Source: Candidatus Metalachnospira sp. (GTDB lineage Bacteria > Bacillota > Clostridia > Lachnospirales > Anaerotignaceae). Taken from it: a stretch of 64,000 nt of DNA. The stretch covers positions 7,808 through 71,807 of the forward strand of contig JAXGOV010000010.1 in NCBI GenBank assembly GCA_040767305.1, in the 5' to 3' direction. The translations under genes and the position numbers were made by a program. The notes beneath the pieces are model-generated. The model was given only the letters and a program-made list of their open reading frames with translations. It was not told where the DNA came from and ran no database searches. Position 1 is the first letter of the stretch. The number at the start of each line of letters is the position of its first letter. This document shows, in pieces, positions 39,335 to 49,627 of this stretch.

Positions 39335-41548
39335 ATGAAATATAAAATTCTAATGACAACAATGGGGCTTAACATCGGCGGTGCCGAAACGCATATCGTT
39401 GAACTGTCAAAGGAGCTTAAAAAGAGAGGCTATGATGTGCTTGTGGCTTCAAACGGCGGTGTGTATGTTGATGAGCTTTTAAAGGCAGGAATAAGACATT
39501 ACAATGTTCCGCTTAACACAAGAAATGCTGTAAAAATGTACCGTTCCCTAAAGCTTCTAAGGAAAATAATAAGAGACGAAAAAGTTGATATAGTACATTC
39601 TCATGCTAGAATACCCGGGTTTGTAACAGGAATGCTTCATAAATCACTTGATTTTACTTTTGTTACAAGCGCACATTGGGTTTTCAGTACGGCATATGGT
39701 TTAAAATATCTTACCAATTGGGGACAGAAGGTAATCGCAGTAAGCGATGATATCAAACAGTATCTGATTGATAACTATAATACCCCGGAAGAAAACATAT
39801 ATGTAACCATAAACGGTATTGATACCGATAAATTTTCGCCGGACATTTCAGGTGATAAAATAATCAAAGAGTTTGGGCTTGATAAGGAACACCCAATAGT
39901 ATCATATGTGAGCAGAATGGATGCCGATAGGGCTATGGTTGCCGAACAGCTCATTGATATTGCGGAAGAACTTAACAGCAGGATAGACGGAATTCAGTTC
40001 CTGATCGCCGGCGGCGGCAATGTTTTTGATAAGCTTAAGGAAAAGGCTGACAATGTCAATAACAAGCTAGGCAGAAAATGCGTTGTTATGACAGATGCAC
40101 GCACCGATATTAATGAAATTGTTGCGGCAGGAGATATTTTTGTAGGTGTAAGCCGTGCAGCTCTGGAGGCTATGGCAGTCGCAAAGCCTGTAATAGTTGC
40201 AGGTAATGAAGGTTATATTGGAATATTCTCCGAGGACAAGCTTTTTGAGGCTCAGGCAAACAATTTCTGCTGCCGAGGCTGTGATGATTCATGTGCGGAC
40301 AGGCTTATGAAAGACATTATTGAGCTGTTAACGGCTGATAATGAGAGAAGGACTGAACTTGGTCAATATGGCAGAGATGTTATATTCAAGTTCTATTCAG
40401 TAAGCAAGATGGCTGATGACTGTATTAAAATGTATGATGATGCATACAGATTAAACCACACTAGGAACTTGCTTATGTCAGGATATTACGGCTTTAACAA
40501 CAGCGGCGATGAAGCTATACTGACCACAATATATAAGAATACCAAAAAATCAAACGATAATATAAATATAACGGTGTTATCTAAAAATCCGGATGAAACA
40601 AAAAGTAAATACGGATTTGAGAATGTTGTATACAGATTTGACCTTTTTAAAGTTCTGAAAGAAATTAATCACTGTGATATTTTATTGAGCGGAGGCGGTT
40701 CTCTTCTACAGGACACAACAAGTACAAGGTCAATTATGTATTATCTGTTTATAATTGTATGTGCAAAGTTTATGCATAAGAAAGTAATGCTTTATGCAAA
40801 CGGAATAGGACCTGTTTCACGAAAGAAAAACAGAAATATGGTCAAAAGGGTTTTAAATAAGGTGGATATTATTACTCTGCGTGAAGAGGATTCACTTGAT
40901 GAGCTCGTTGCTATGGGAGTTACCAATAAAAATATATTTGTTACGGCAGACCCCGTATTTTCAATGGATACTATTCCTTACTATAAATCAAAGGCGCTTC
41001 TGTCTGAAGCCGGAATACCAAAGGATAATGGGATAGTCGGCGTATCGGTTCGTAACTGGAAGGGCAATACGGACATTGCGGATAAATTTGCTCAGATTTG
41101 CGACAGAATACATGATGAATTTGATAAAACTATAGTATTCATAGTAATGCATAACCCTGCTGATGCCAATATAAGCAAAGAAGTTATCAGTAAAATGCAC
41201 GCTCCTGCATATATTTTGGACAAAGAGTATTCGCCGACTGAAATTATGGGAATGATTAGTCAGATGGAAATTATACTCAGTATGAGACTTCATACACTTA
41301 TCTTTGCAACAAAACAGAGAGTTCCTATAGTTGGTTTTATATATGATCCTAAAATAAACAATTACTTAAATTTGATTAATATGCCAAACGGCGGTAATGT
41401 TAATAATATTGATGTCGATAAAACAATAAATGAGTTTGAAAATATACTCAATAATTATGATTCAATTGTTAATGATTTAAATATTTCAGCTCGCAAGCTG
41501 GAAGAAAAAGCGGTACTTAATGAAAAATATTTAGAAACCTTATTATAA
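39335..41548 (+). CDS. csaB: GT4-fold domain fused to polysaccharide pyruvyl transferase CsaB
   Basis: N-half [22 protein letters not shown]; C-half [36 protein letters not shown] and YDPK. Confidence 0.9.
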   Translation: MKYKILMTTMGLNIGGAETHIVELSKELKKRGYDVLVASNGGVYVDELLKAGIRHYNVPLNTRNAVKMYRSLKLLRKIIRDEKVDIVHSHARIPGFVTGMLHKSLDFTFVTSAHWVFSTAYGLKYLTNWGQKVIAVSDDIKQYLIDNYNTPEENIYVTINGIDTDKFSPDISGDKIIKEFGLDKEHPIVSYVSRMDADRAMVAEQLIDIAEELNSRIDGIQFLIAGGGNVFDKLKEKADNVNNKLGRKCVVMTDARTDINEIVAAGDIFVGVSRAALEAMAVAKPVIVAGNEGYIGIFSEDKLFEAQANNFCCRGCDDSCADRLMKDIIELLTADNERRTELGQYGRDVIFKFYSVSKMADDCIKMYDDAYRLNHTRNLLMSGYYGFNNSGDEAILTTIYKNTKKSNDNINITVLSKNPDETKSKYGFENVVYRFDLFKVLKEINHCDILLSGGGSLLQDTTSTRSIMYYLFIIVCAKFMHKKVMLYANGIGPVSRKKNRNMVKRVLNKVDIITLREEDSLDELVAMGVTNKNIFVTADPVFSMDTIPYYKSKALLSEAGIPKDNGIVGVSVRNWKGNTDIADKFAQICDRIHDEFDKTIVFIVMHNPADANISKEVISKMHAPAYILDKEYSPTEIMGMISQMEIILSMRLHTLIFATKQRVPIVGFIYDPKINNYLNLINMPNGGNVNNIDVDKTINEFENILNNYDSIVNDLNISARKLEEKAVLNEKYLETLL

Positions 41549-41571
41549 ATCCTTTGCGGAGGTTAAGTGTT

Positions 41572-42294
41572 ATGGGCATAACAACTATACTTGGTGTTCC
41601 ATTTGATACAGGAACAATGAAAGAAACGGCAGACAGAGCTATTGCAATGATGAAAGAAAGCGGTCAGCATATTATATGCACTCCAAACCCCGAAATCGTT
41701 ATGGAGGCACAAACCGATTCGGAACTTATGGGAATATTGCGTGCTGCCGATATGGTAACGCCTGATGGTGTTGGCATTCTTTGGGCTTCAAAATATTCTG
41801 AAGAGAAGATTAACGAACGTGTATCAGGCTATGATTTGGTAATTAATATTTTTGAAAGAATAAAGGATACAGATTTAACTGTATATATGTTTGGAGGTGC
41901 TCCCGGGGTTGCAGCAAAAGCTGCTGAAATGATGGCTATCAAGTATGAAGGTCTGAAAATTGTTGGAGTACATGACGGGTATTTTAATGCAAAAGAAGAA
42001 AATAATATAATAGCAGATATTAAAAAACAAAAGCCGTCATTGCTGCTTGTTGGTCTTGGTTCACCAAAGCAGGAAAAATGGATTTATAATAATCTCAGGC
42101 TTACAGGTGCAAAGCTTGCTATTGGTATTGGCGGAAGTTTTGATGTAATGAGCGGTAATTTAAAAAGGGCACCGGAGCTTGTATGCAAACTCGGAATAGA
42201 ATGGCTATACAGGCTTGTTAAGCAGCCGGCAAGGTTCAATAGAATGCTGAGACTTCCTAAATTTGTATTAAAAGTCAGAAAAGAAATGAGATAA
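41572..42294 (+). CDS. tagA: WecB/TagA/CpsF family glycosyltransferase (ManNAc transferase)
   Basis: TPNPE, PDGVG, ERVSG.DL, GLGSPKQE, GIGGSFD, RAP and EWLYRL. Confidence 0.92.
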   Translation: MGITTILGVPFDTGTMKETADRAIAMMKESGQHIICTPNPEIVMEAQTDSELMGILRAADMVTPDGVGILWASKYSEEKINERVSGYDLVINIFERIKDTDLTVYMFGGAPGVAAKAAEMMAIKYEGLKIVGVHDGYFNAKEENNIIADIKKQKPSLLLVGLGSPKQEKWIYNNLRLTGAKLAIGIGGSFDVMSGNLKRAPELVCKLGIEWLYRLVKQPARFNRMLRLPKFVLKVRKEMR

Positions 42295-42311
42295 ATATAC
42301 ACATTTAATAT

Positions 42312-42352
42312 AAAAACTCCGATTGGGTTATACTGACCTTGTCGGAGTTTTT
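42312..42352 (+). terminator. Terminator ending the polymer operon
   Basis: AAAACTCCGA / TCGGAGTTTT stem. Confidence 0.65.
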
Positions 42353-42369
42353 ATATGAGGTGAGTTACA

Positions 42370-43219
42370 ATGTCCAGCAGATCAAGCAGGGTATTTATGA
42401 TAATAATAGGAGTATTTCTCATAGCTGCAGGAATTAATGTTTTTTACACTCCAAATGGAATAGTGGCAGGCGGTGTATCGGGACTTGGAATAATTATTAG
42501 GTATTATTCCGAAAATCTAATAGGTTATGCTATTCCCGTTTCGGTTTCAAATATCGTTCTCAATGCACCGCTGTTCATTATTGCATATTTTTATTTTGGA
42601 GAGAGATATTTAAGAAGATGTGCTTTAGCTGTAATACTGCTTTCAGTTGCTTTGGAGTTTACAGGCATTATTCCGTATTATCAAGGAGATTTAATGCTTG
42701 CATCAATTTTCGGGGGCATATTAACCGGAGTAGGAGTGGGTTTGGTTTTAAACGCATCAGCCACAACCGGCGGAACAGATACGCTTGCACATATTATTCA
42801 TAACAAAAATGATAGATTTTCAGTATCGGATTATATATTCATAATAGATGCATTAGTAATCATGCTGGGCTTTTTTGTGTTTGGTGCAGAAAAAGCAATG
42901 TTTGCAATTATATCTGTTTTTGTTGCATCAAAATGCATAAGCACTATTACTTCCGGAGCATCAACCGAAAAGGGAGCATATATAATATCCAGAAAAAGTG
43001 ATAAGATATGCACTATAATAAGTAATGCAGGCAGCAATGAAATAGTTGTACTGAATGAATGCAGTATGTATAAAAATGATTACTCTAATACTCTTATTTG
43101 TGTATTTTCACAAAATGAAATTTCTCGTTTAAAAGAATTAATAAAATCCTGATTCTGAAGCTTTTATTATTCTATTTGACATAAACGAAGTATTTGGAAA
43201 TGGTTTTAAAAAGCTTTAA
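42370..43219 (+). CDS. YitT family membrane protein (indel near 43150)
   Basis: GGVSG, N.PLF and TGGTD; DUF2179-type tail D.EAFI....EVFG.GF in a shifted frame to TAA 43219. Confidence 0.85.
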
Positions 43220-43571
43220 TTCTATGTTTTTTTGTAACTAAAAAAGTTAAGTTTACATTTTATCATAAAAACTCTTAAATCATGTATAAAAAATTGTACA
43301 TTTTTTTTGACATTTTGACAATGAAAAAAATTCTGACACTTTTTTGATTTTTCTCTTTATTTTTTGTTATTTTGTTATAAAATAAAAGACAGTCATAGTG
43401 AATTTTTACGGTAGCAGATTACACATCACGTTTTTTTAGACTTTTGCAAATATTGCTTTATGCAATTTATTGGTTTAAGGGAGGTGTTTTGGCTGTTGTA
43501 TCAGCACCGTTCATATAACTGCAACCGGTTAAAATTTCGGGGAATTTAAAATTATTTATTGGGGTGGGCTT

Positions 43572-44663
43572 ATGATTTCTAATCAGATTTTACAGAGTAC
43601 TATTGACGGACTTAAAAACATTACCCGAAAAGACATGAGTGTTGTCGAAAAAGAGGGTAAAGTTATTGCAACCACTGAAGAGAATATGATCGGCAGGCAA
43701 ATTGACGCAATTGAGAATTTCGTTGGCTCACAGGCAGACAGCCAGCTTATTCTTGGTTATCAGTATTTTAAGGTTTATGATAATGGTATTCCGGAATATG
43801 TTATCCAAGTAAAAGGAGAAGATGAAGACGGCTACAGAATCGGTAAGATAGCAGCATTTCAAATTCAGAGCCTTTTAGTTGCGTATAAGGAGAGATACGA
43901 TAAGGATAATTTTATCAAAAACCTGCTCCTTGATAACCTTCTTCTCGTTGACATTTACAGCAGAGCTAAAAAGCTTCATATTGAAAACAATATAAGAAGA
44001 ATTGTATACCTTATTGAAACCAATATTGATAAGGACATGAATATTGTTGAAATAGTAAGAAGTATTTTCCCTGCAAAAACTAAGGACTTTGTTACTGCCG
44101 TTGATGAGCACAGCATAATCCTTGTTAAAGAGCTTCGTGAAAAGGAGACTATGGATGAGATTGAGAAAATCGCAAAGATGATTTCCGATACATTAAGCAC
44201 AGAACTTAATGTTAAGGTATATATCTCAATCGGTACTGTTGTAGGTGATCTTAAGGACGTATCACGTTCGTATAAAGAAGCAAAAATGGCGCTTGAGGTC
44301 GGCAAAATATTTGAAAGCGATAAATACATCGTTAACTATGAAAAACTTGGTATTGGCAGACTTATTTATCAGCTTCCTCTGTCACTTTGCAAGATGTTTA
44401 TTAAAGAAGTTCTGCATGGACTTACTATGGAGGATTTTGATGAAGAAACTCTTGCTACAGTCAATAAGTTCTTTGAAAATAATCTTAATGTATCGGAGAC
44501 ATCCAGACAGCTTTACATACACAGAAATACATTGGTGTATAGGCTAGATAAGCTCCAGAAGATGACAGGTCTTGACCTGCGTAATTTCGATGATGCCATT
44601 ATATTCAAGATAACATTGATGGTAAGCAAGTATATGCTGTATATGGATAAAATGGTATACTGA
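43572..44663 (+). CDS. PucR/CdaR family transcriptional regulator
   Basis: SY.EA..AL, LN.SETSRQLYIHRNTLVYRLDK...TGLDLR C-terminal HTH. Confidence 0.9.
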   Translation: MISNQILQSTIDGLKNITRKDMSVVEKEGKVIATTEENMIGRQIDAIENFVGSQADSQLILGYQYFKVYDNGIPEYVIQVKGEDEDGYRIGKIAAFQIQSLLVAYKERYDKDNFIKNLLLDNLLLVDIYSRAKKLHIENNIRRIVYLIETNIDKDMNIVEIVRSIFPAKTKDFVTAVDEHSIILVKELREKETMDEIEKIAKMISDTLSTELNVKVYISIGTVVGDLKDVSRSYKEAKMALEVGKIFESDKYIVNYEKLGIGRLIYQLPLSLCKMFIKEVLHGLTMEDFDEETLATVNKFFENNLNVSETSRQLYIHRNTLVYRLDKLQKMTGLDLRNFDDAIIFKITLMVSKYMLYMDKMVY

Positions 44664-44704
44664 TACCTGCTCTTGAATAAAGGCCGGGGAAAGGACGATA
44701 TTTT

Positions 44705-45388
44705 TTGATAAACATAGAACACGTTAGTAAAGTATATCCCAACGGAACTGTCGGAGTTGAGGATATTAACATACAAATTGAAAAAGGCGAATTTGTGTTT
44801 ATTGTCGGTTCCAGTGGTTCGGGTAAATCAACTATGATTAAACTGCTGCTAAAAGAATTGGATCCGACTGAAGGCAGTATTACAATAAATAACGTGAAAA
44901 CTGGTGAACTTAGAAGAAGTCAGGTTCCCTATTTAAGAAGAAATCTCGGAGTGGTTTTCCAGGATTTCAGACTTCTTCCCAGTAAAACAGTATTTGACAA
45001 TGTTGCATTTGCAATGCAGGTAATAGAAGCTCCAACAAAAACAATTAGACGAAATGTTCCTACTGTATTAAGCCTTGTAGGACTTAGAGATAAGGCAAAG
45101 GTATATCCCAGAGAATTATCTGGCGGTGAGCAGCAAAGAACAGCGCTTGCTAGGGCAATTGTAAATAATCCACCCATTCTGATTGCGGACGAGCCAACAG
45201 GAAATCTTGATCCGGCAACAGCATGGGATATTATGACGCTCCTTGAAGAAATAAACAAGCGAGGAACAACAGTATTAATCGCTACACATGCCAAGGATAT
45301 TGTTGACCAGATGCAAAAAAGGGTTATCACACTTGAAAATGGTCATATAATTCGTGATAAAAAAGGTGGGTACAGCGATGAAATTTAG
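44705..45388 (+). CDS. ftsE: Cell division ATP-binding protein FtsE
   Basis: GSSGSGKST, GVVFQDFRLL, LSGGEQQR and ADEPTGNLD. Confidence 0.95.
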   Translation: MINIEHVSKVYPNGTVGVEDINIQIEKGEFVFIVGSSGSGKSTMIKLLLKELDPTEGSITINNVKTGELRRSQVPYLRRNLGVVFQDFRLLPSKTVFDNVAFAMQVIEAPTKTIRRNVPTVLSLVGLRDKAKVYPRELSGGEQQRTALARAIVNNPPILIADEPTGNLDPATAWDIMTLLEEINKRGTTVLIATHAKDIVDQMQKRVITLENGHIIRDKKGGYSDEI

Positions 45389-46277
45389 ATCAATTAAATA
45401 CTTTTTTTCTGAAGCATTCAACGGTGTTATCAGAAACAGGCTTATGTCTATTGCATCAATGGGTACTGTTGCGGCCTGTATATTTATAATTGCCATATCA
45501 TATTGTGCACTTACAAATGTAAATTACATGCTTGATCAGCTTGAATCGTCAATAGGTATAGCAGTATTTCTTGATGATAATATTGACTCCGATAAGGTTC
45601 TTCAAATAAATGATGAACTTTTGGCAATTGATCATGTTGCAAATGTTAGCTATATTTCACCTGAAGATGCATTAAATGATTTGAAAAAGACATGGGATGC
45701 AGAGGACATTCTGGCGGGCTTTGATGAAACGAATAACCCGTTGTCTAGCTCTTTTGAGGTAACACTTGATGATATTTCTTATCAAGGTGATGTTGTTAAT
45801 AAAATTCAGCAGATTGAAGGCGTAAGGAATATACGTCATGCTGAATCTGAAACACAGATGCTTGTAAAGGTAAGCCATTTCCTGAGTATATTCGGTATAC
45901 TGCTTATAATTATTCTTGCCGCTATATCAGTAATTATAATTACAAACACTATAAAGCTTTCAGTATTTACCAGAAGAACCGAGATAAGCATAATGAAATA
46001 TGTCGGGGCGACAGACTGGTTCATACGATGGCCGTTTGTTATTGAAGGTATAATAATTGGTTTGGTAGGTGCATCAATTCCTATTGTTGTAGCTTGGCCG
46101 CTGTATAATAAACTTATAGAGTTGATTTATCTGCATGTTCCAATGATAAAGACAATAATAAGTTTTAAATTCGGTATAGATATTTTTACTGTACTTCTTC
46201 CCGGAGCATTGCTTTTTGGAGCATTGCTTGGCGTAATGGGAAGTACAATATCACTCAGAAAACATTTGGATGTTTAA
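45378..46277 (+). CDS. ftsX: Cell division permease FtsX
   Basis: RNRLMS, NPL, NTIKL...RR.EI.IMK.VGAT.WFIRWPF..EG. Confidence 0.95.
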   Translation: MKFRSIKYFFSEAFNGVIRNRLMSIASMGTVAACIFIIAISYCALTNVNYMLDQLESSIGIAVFLDDNIDSDKVLQINDELLAIDHVANVSYISPEDALNDLKKTWDAEDILAGFDETNNPLSSSFEVTLDDISYQGDVVNKIQQIEGVRNIRHAESETQMLVKVSHFLSIFGILLIIILAAISVIIITNTIKLSVFTRRTEISIMKYVGATDWFIRWPFVIEGIIIGLVGASIPIVVAWPLYNKLIELIYLHVPMIKTIISFKFGIDIFTVLLPGALLFGALLGVMGSTISLRKHLDV

Positions 46278-46284
46278 TATGCTT

Positions 46285-46316
46285 AATCCCTGCATATAAA
46301 TGCAGGGATTATTTTT
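46285..46316 (+). terminator. Intrinsic terminator after ftsX
   Basis: TAATCCCTGCAT / ATGCAGGGATTA stem plus T run. Confidence 0.85.
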
Positions 46317-46370
46317 ATGGTTTTTTGCATAAATATATATAATAATATAAAACATAAAATATCCAAAATG

Positions 46371-46399
46371 TTGATTATTTTAACAAAATGCTGTAAAAT
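46371..46399 (+). promoter_or_regulatory. SigA promoter of the rsmB operon
   Basis: TTGATT-N17-TAAAAT. Confidence 0.55.
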
Positions 46400-46466
46400 A
46401 AATTAATATGTCGTATTGCGTGAAAAAATACAAAACAGATAAAAAGATATTGAAAGGGTGCATATT

Positions 46467-47816
46467 ATGGTACTGATAAATCCTAGGGAAGTTGCTGCAG
46501 ATGCATTATCGGAAATTATCAATTCAACAGCTTACAGTAATATTACACTCAGAAAATATCTTCGTTTAAACGGTGCTATGCCAAGAAAGGACAAAGCTTT
46601 CGTAACTGAAATAGTAAATGGCACTCTTAGGAATATAATCTTTATAGACCATATTATAAATAGTTATTCAAATACAAAAACACAAAAAATTAAGCCTTAT
46701 ATTTTAGCTGTTATGCGAATTTCTGTATATCAGATTGTATTCATGGACAGAGTTCCGGATTCGGCAGCTTGTTCCGAGGCCGTTTCTCTCGTGAAAAAAA
46801 GAGGTTTTGTTTTCCTTAAGGGATTTGTAAATGGTGTTCTCCGTACAATAGTAAGGAATAAAAATGAATTTGTTTTGCCCGAAGGAAATACTCCAGAATA
46901 TATTTCTGTAAAATACTCATATCCGCTCTGGATTGTGAATATGTGGCTTGCAAAATATGATTTTGATACTGTAGAGAAAATGTGTGCAATAAATAATAAA
47001 GCTCCTGATGTTTGTCTTTGTGTAAACTTTTTAAAAACAACAACAGATGAGTTAATGAAAAGGTTCAACAAAATAGGTGTTTCCGTAAAAAACGGATACT
47101 ATTGCAATAATGCTGTTCACATTAAGGGTTCGTCTAATTTAGCAGATACGGAAATGTATAAAACCGGTCTTTTTCATGTTCAGGACGAGAGCTCAATGCT
47201 CGCTGTAAAAGTATTGAATCCTCAGCAGGGAGAATGTGTCCTTGACGTTTGTGCGGCTCCCGGAGGAAAGTCATTTCTTATAGCAGAAAAAATGAAAAAT
47301 AACGGAAAACTTATTTCATGTGATTTTCACCAGCATAAGCTTGACCTGATGAATGAAACACGTGAAAGACTCGGAATAAAGATAATGCATACAAAGATTA
47401 GGGATGCATCAGTTATACATGAATCAGACACTGAAAAGTTTGACAGAGTAATTGTTGATGCTCCGTGTTCGGGATTAGGTCTTATCAGGAAAAAACCTGA
47501 CATTAAGATTAATAAAAAAGGTGAGGATATAGATTCTCTTATTAAGCTTCAGGCTGAAATACTTGAGGCTTCGTCAAAGTGTGTAAAAGTAGGCGGTACT
47601 ATGGTATACAGCACATGTACTGTCAGCAAAAAAGAGAATGAGATGAATGTAAACAAGTTCTTGGAAAACAATAAGAATTTTGAAATTATAGATATAAAAG
47701 AATATTTACCCGAAAGCCTGAAGAATTACGTTGTGGACGGAATGATTCAGCTTCTTCCGGGAATACACGAAACAGACGGCTTTTTTATAGCCGCCATGAG
47801 AAAGAATGGTCACTGA
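46467..47816 (+). CDS. rsmB: 16S rRNA m5C967 methyltransferase
   Basis: NusB-like N-terminus, VQDESS, D.CAAPGGK, DAPCSGLG, YSTC and DGFF. Confidence 0.95.
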   Translation: MVLINPREVAADALSEIINSTAYSNITLRKYLRLNGAMPRKDKAFVTEIVNGTLRNIIFIDHIINSYSNTKTQKIKPYILAVMRISVYQIVFMDRVPDSAACSEAVSLVKKRGFVFLKGFVNGVLRTIVRNKNEFVLPEGNTPEYISVKYSYPLWIVNMWLAKYDFDTVEKMCAINNKAPDVCLCVNFLKTTTDELMKRFNKIGVSVKNGYYCNNAVHIKGSSNLADTEMYKTGLFHVQDESSMLAVKVLNPQQGECVLDVCAAPGGKSFLIAEKMKNNGKLISCDFHQHKLDLMNETRERLGIKIMHTKIRDASVIHESDTEKFDRVIVDAPCSGLGLIRKKPDIKINKKGEDIDSLIKLQAEILEASSKCVKVGGTMVYSTCTVSKKENEMNVNKFLENNKNFEIIDIKEYLPESLKNYVVDGMIQLLPGIHETDGFFIAAMRKNGH

Positions 47817-48853
47817 TGAAAACAGATTTAAGATCTTTAACGCTAGATGAATTGCAAAGCGAAATGCTGTTGATTGGAGAAGCAAAATTTAGAGCAACGC
47901 AGGTTTACAGATGGCTTCATGTCAAATATGCGAATAGTTTTAATGATATGAGTGATTTATCTGTAGCACTTAGAAAAAAGCTCTCGGATAACTATTCAAT
48001 TGGTCAGGTAAAGCAGGTAAAAAAACTCGTGTCAAAAGTTGATAATACGACAAAATACTTGTTTGAGCTTGATAATGACTGTATAATAGAAAGCGTGTTT
48101 ATGCAGTATTCTTATGGGAATACTGTGTGTATTTCAACACAGGCAGGCTGCAGAATGGGATGTACATTTTGTGCTTCAACACTGGACGGAGTTGAAAAAA
48201 ATCTAACACCGTCTGAGATGCTTTCACAGATTTACGAAATAGAAAAAGACAAGGGTGAAACTGTTTCCGGCGTAGTGCTTATGGGAAGCGGAGAGCCGCT
48301 TGATAATTATGATAATGTTTTGAAATTTATAAAAATTGTTAATTCAAAAGACGGCAAAAATATGGGACAGCGTCATATCACACTTTCAACATGCGGTCTT
48401 ATTAATAAGATTTATGATTTGGCTGAGGAGAACTTGCAGATAACACTTGCTGTGTCCCTTCATGCGCCTAATGATATGATTAGAAACAAAATTATGCCGG
48501 TTTCAAAAGCAAATCCAATGGATATGCTGCTTGATGCCTGCAATTATTACGTTAATAAAACAAAACGCCGTATTACATTTGAGTACTCACTTATAAAGGG
48601 AGTAAACGACAGTGCAGAAAACGCAAAAGAGCTTGCTAACAAGCTTAAAAACATGCTTTGTCACGTTAACCTTATTCCTGTAAACGATGTTAAGGAAAGG
48701 AACTATGTCAGCAGTACAGCCGAAGCTGTTAAACGCTTTGAGGATATACTTTCTTCAAGGGGAGTCGAAACTACTGTAAGACGAAAACTTGGAAGCGATA
48801 TAGATGCTGCCTGCGGACAGCTTAGAAAAAGATATAAGGACGAAAACAATTAA
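47816..48853 (+). CDS. rlmN: 23S rRNA m2A2503 methyltransferase (radical SAM)
   Basis: CISTQAGCRMGCTFC, MGSGEP, SLHAP and DIDAACGQL. Confidence 0.95.
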   Translation: MKTDLRSLTLDELQSEMLLIGEAKFRATQVYRWLHVKYANSFNDMSDLSVALRKKLSDNYSIGQVKQVKKLVSKVDNTTKYLFELDNDCIIESVFMQYSYGNTVCISTQAGCRMGCTFCASTLDGVEKNLTPSEMLSQIYEIEKDKGETVSGVVLMGSGEPLDNYDNVLKFIKIVNSKDGKNMGQRHITLSTCGLINKIYDLAEENLQITLAVSLHAPNDMIRNKIMPVSKANPMDMLLDACNYYVNKTKRRITFEYSLIKGVNDSAENAKELANKLKNMLCHVNLIPVNDVKERNYVSSTAEAVKRFEDILSSRGVETTVRRKLGSDIDAACGQLRKRYKDENN

Positions 48854-48880
48854 TAATGTCTTTTTTAAAGAGGTGATTGT

Positions 48881-49627
48881 ATGGGTGCTGTCGGAAGATG
48901 CGATTTGGGAAAATTAAGAGAAAGCAATGAAGATTCAATTTATATATCTGAAAATCCCAATACGGATTTTGAGTATTACATTGTTGCAGACGGCATGGGA
49001 GGACATAATGGCGGAGAAATCGCAAGCCGTGCTGCTATTAAATATTTCAATGAATATATAGAAAAAAATATGCAGCTTAGGAGTTTGGAAGACATACTTG
49101 ATGTTTTTGTTGAGGCAATTAATTATTGCAATAAAAAAATATTTGATATGGCTGAGAGTGATATTTCTCTGAAAGGTATGGGAACTACATTTACTGCTGC
49201 CGCAGTACATGAAAGCAAGCTTTTTTGTGTGCATATCGGAGACAGCAGACTTTACATATATGATAAAAATGGACTTAAACAGATTACGAAGGATCATTCC
49301 TTTGTTATGGAAATGGTTCGATTGGGTAAAATTACTTTGGAGGAGGCAAGAAATCATCCGAAGAAAAATATGATTACAAAGGCAGTTGGAATTGAAGAAA
49401 CAATGCCTGCCGATACAATTGTGTGCTCTCTTGAAGAAGACAGCATTATTTTGCTGTGTTCTGACGGATTGGCAAATATGGTTACAGACAATGAGATTAT
49501 GAAAATACTCAAGAAGAAAAGTAATTTGGCTTCAAAAGCCGATATGCTTGTAAAGCTTGCAAATAAAAATGGCGGATATGATAATATTTCCGTTATTCTT
49601 GCTGATAGAAGGGTGGAAAATCAATAA
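48881..49627 (+). CDS. prpC: PP2C-type Ser/Thr phosphatase Stp1/PrpC
   Basis: R..NED, VADGMGGH, GMGTT, GDSR, DHS, LCSDGL and GG.DNI. Confidence 0.93.
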   Translation: MGAVGRCDLGKLRESNEDSIYISENPNTDFEYYIVADGMGGHNGGEIASRAAIKYFNEYIEKNMQLRSLEDILDVFVEAINYCNKKIFDMAESDISLKGMGTTFTAAAVHESKLFCVHIGDSRLYIYDKNGLKQITKDHSFVMEMVRLGKITLEEARNHPKKNMITKAVGIEETMPADTIVCSLEEDSIILLCSDGLANMVTDNEIMKILKKKSNLASKADMLVKLANKNGGYDNISVILADRRVENQ

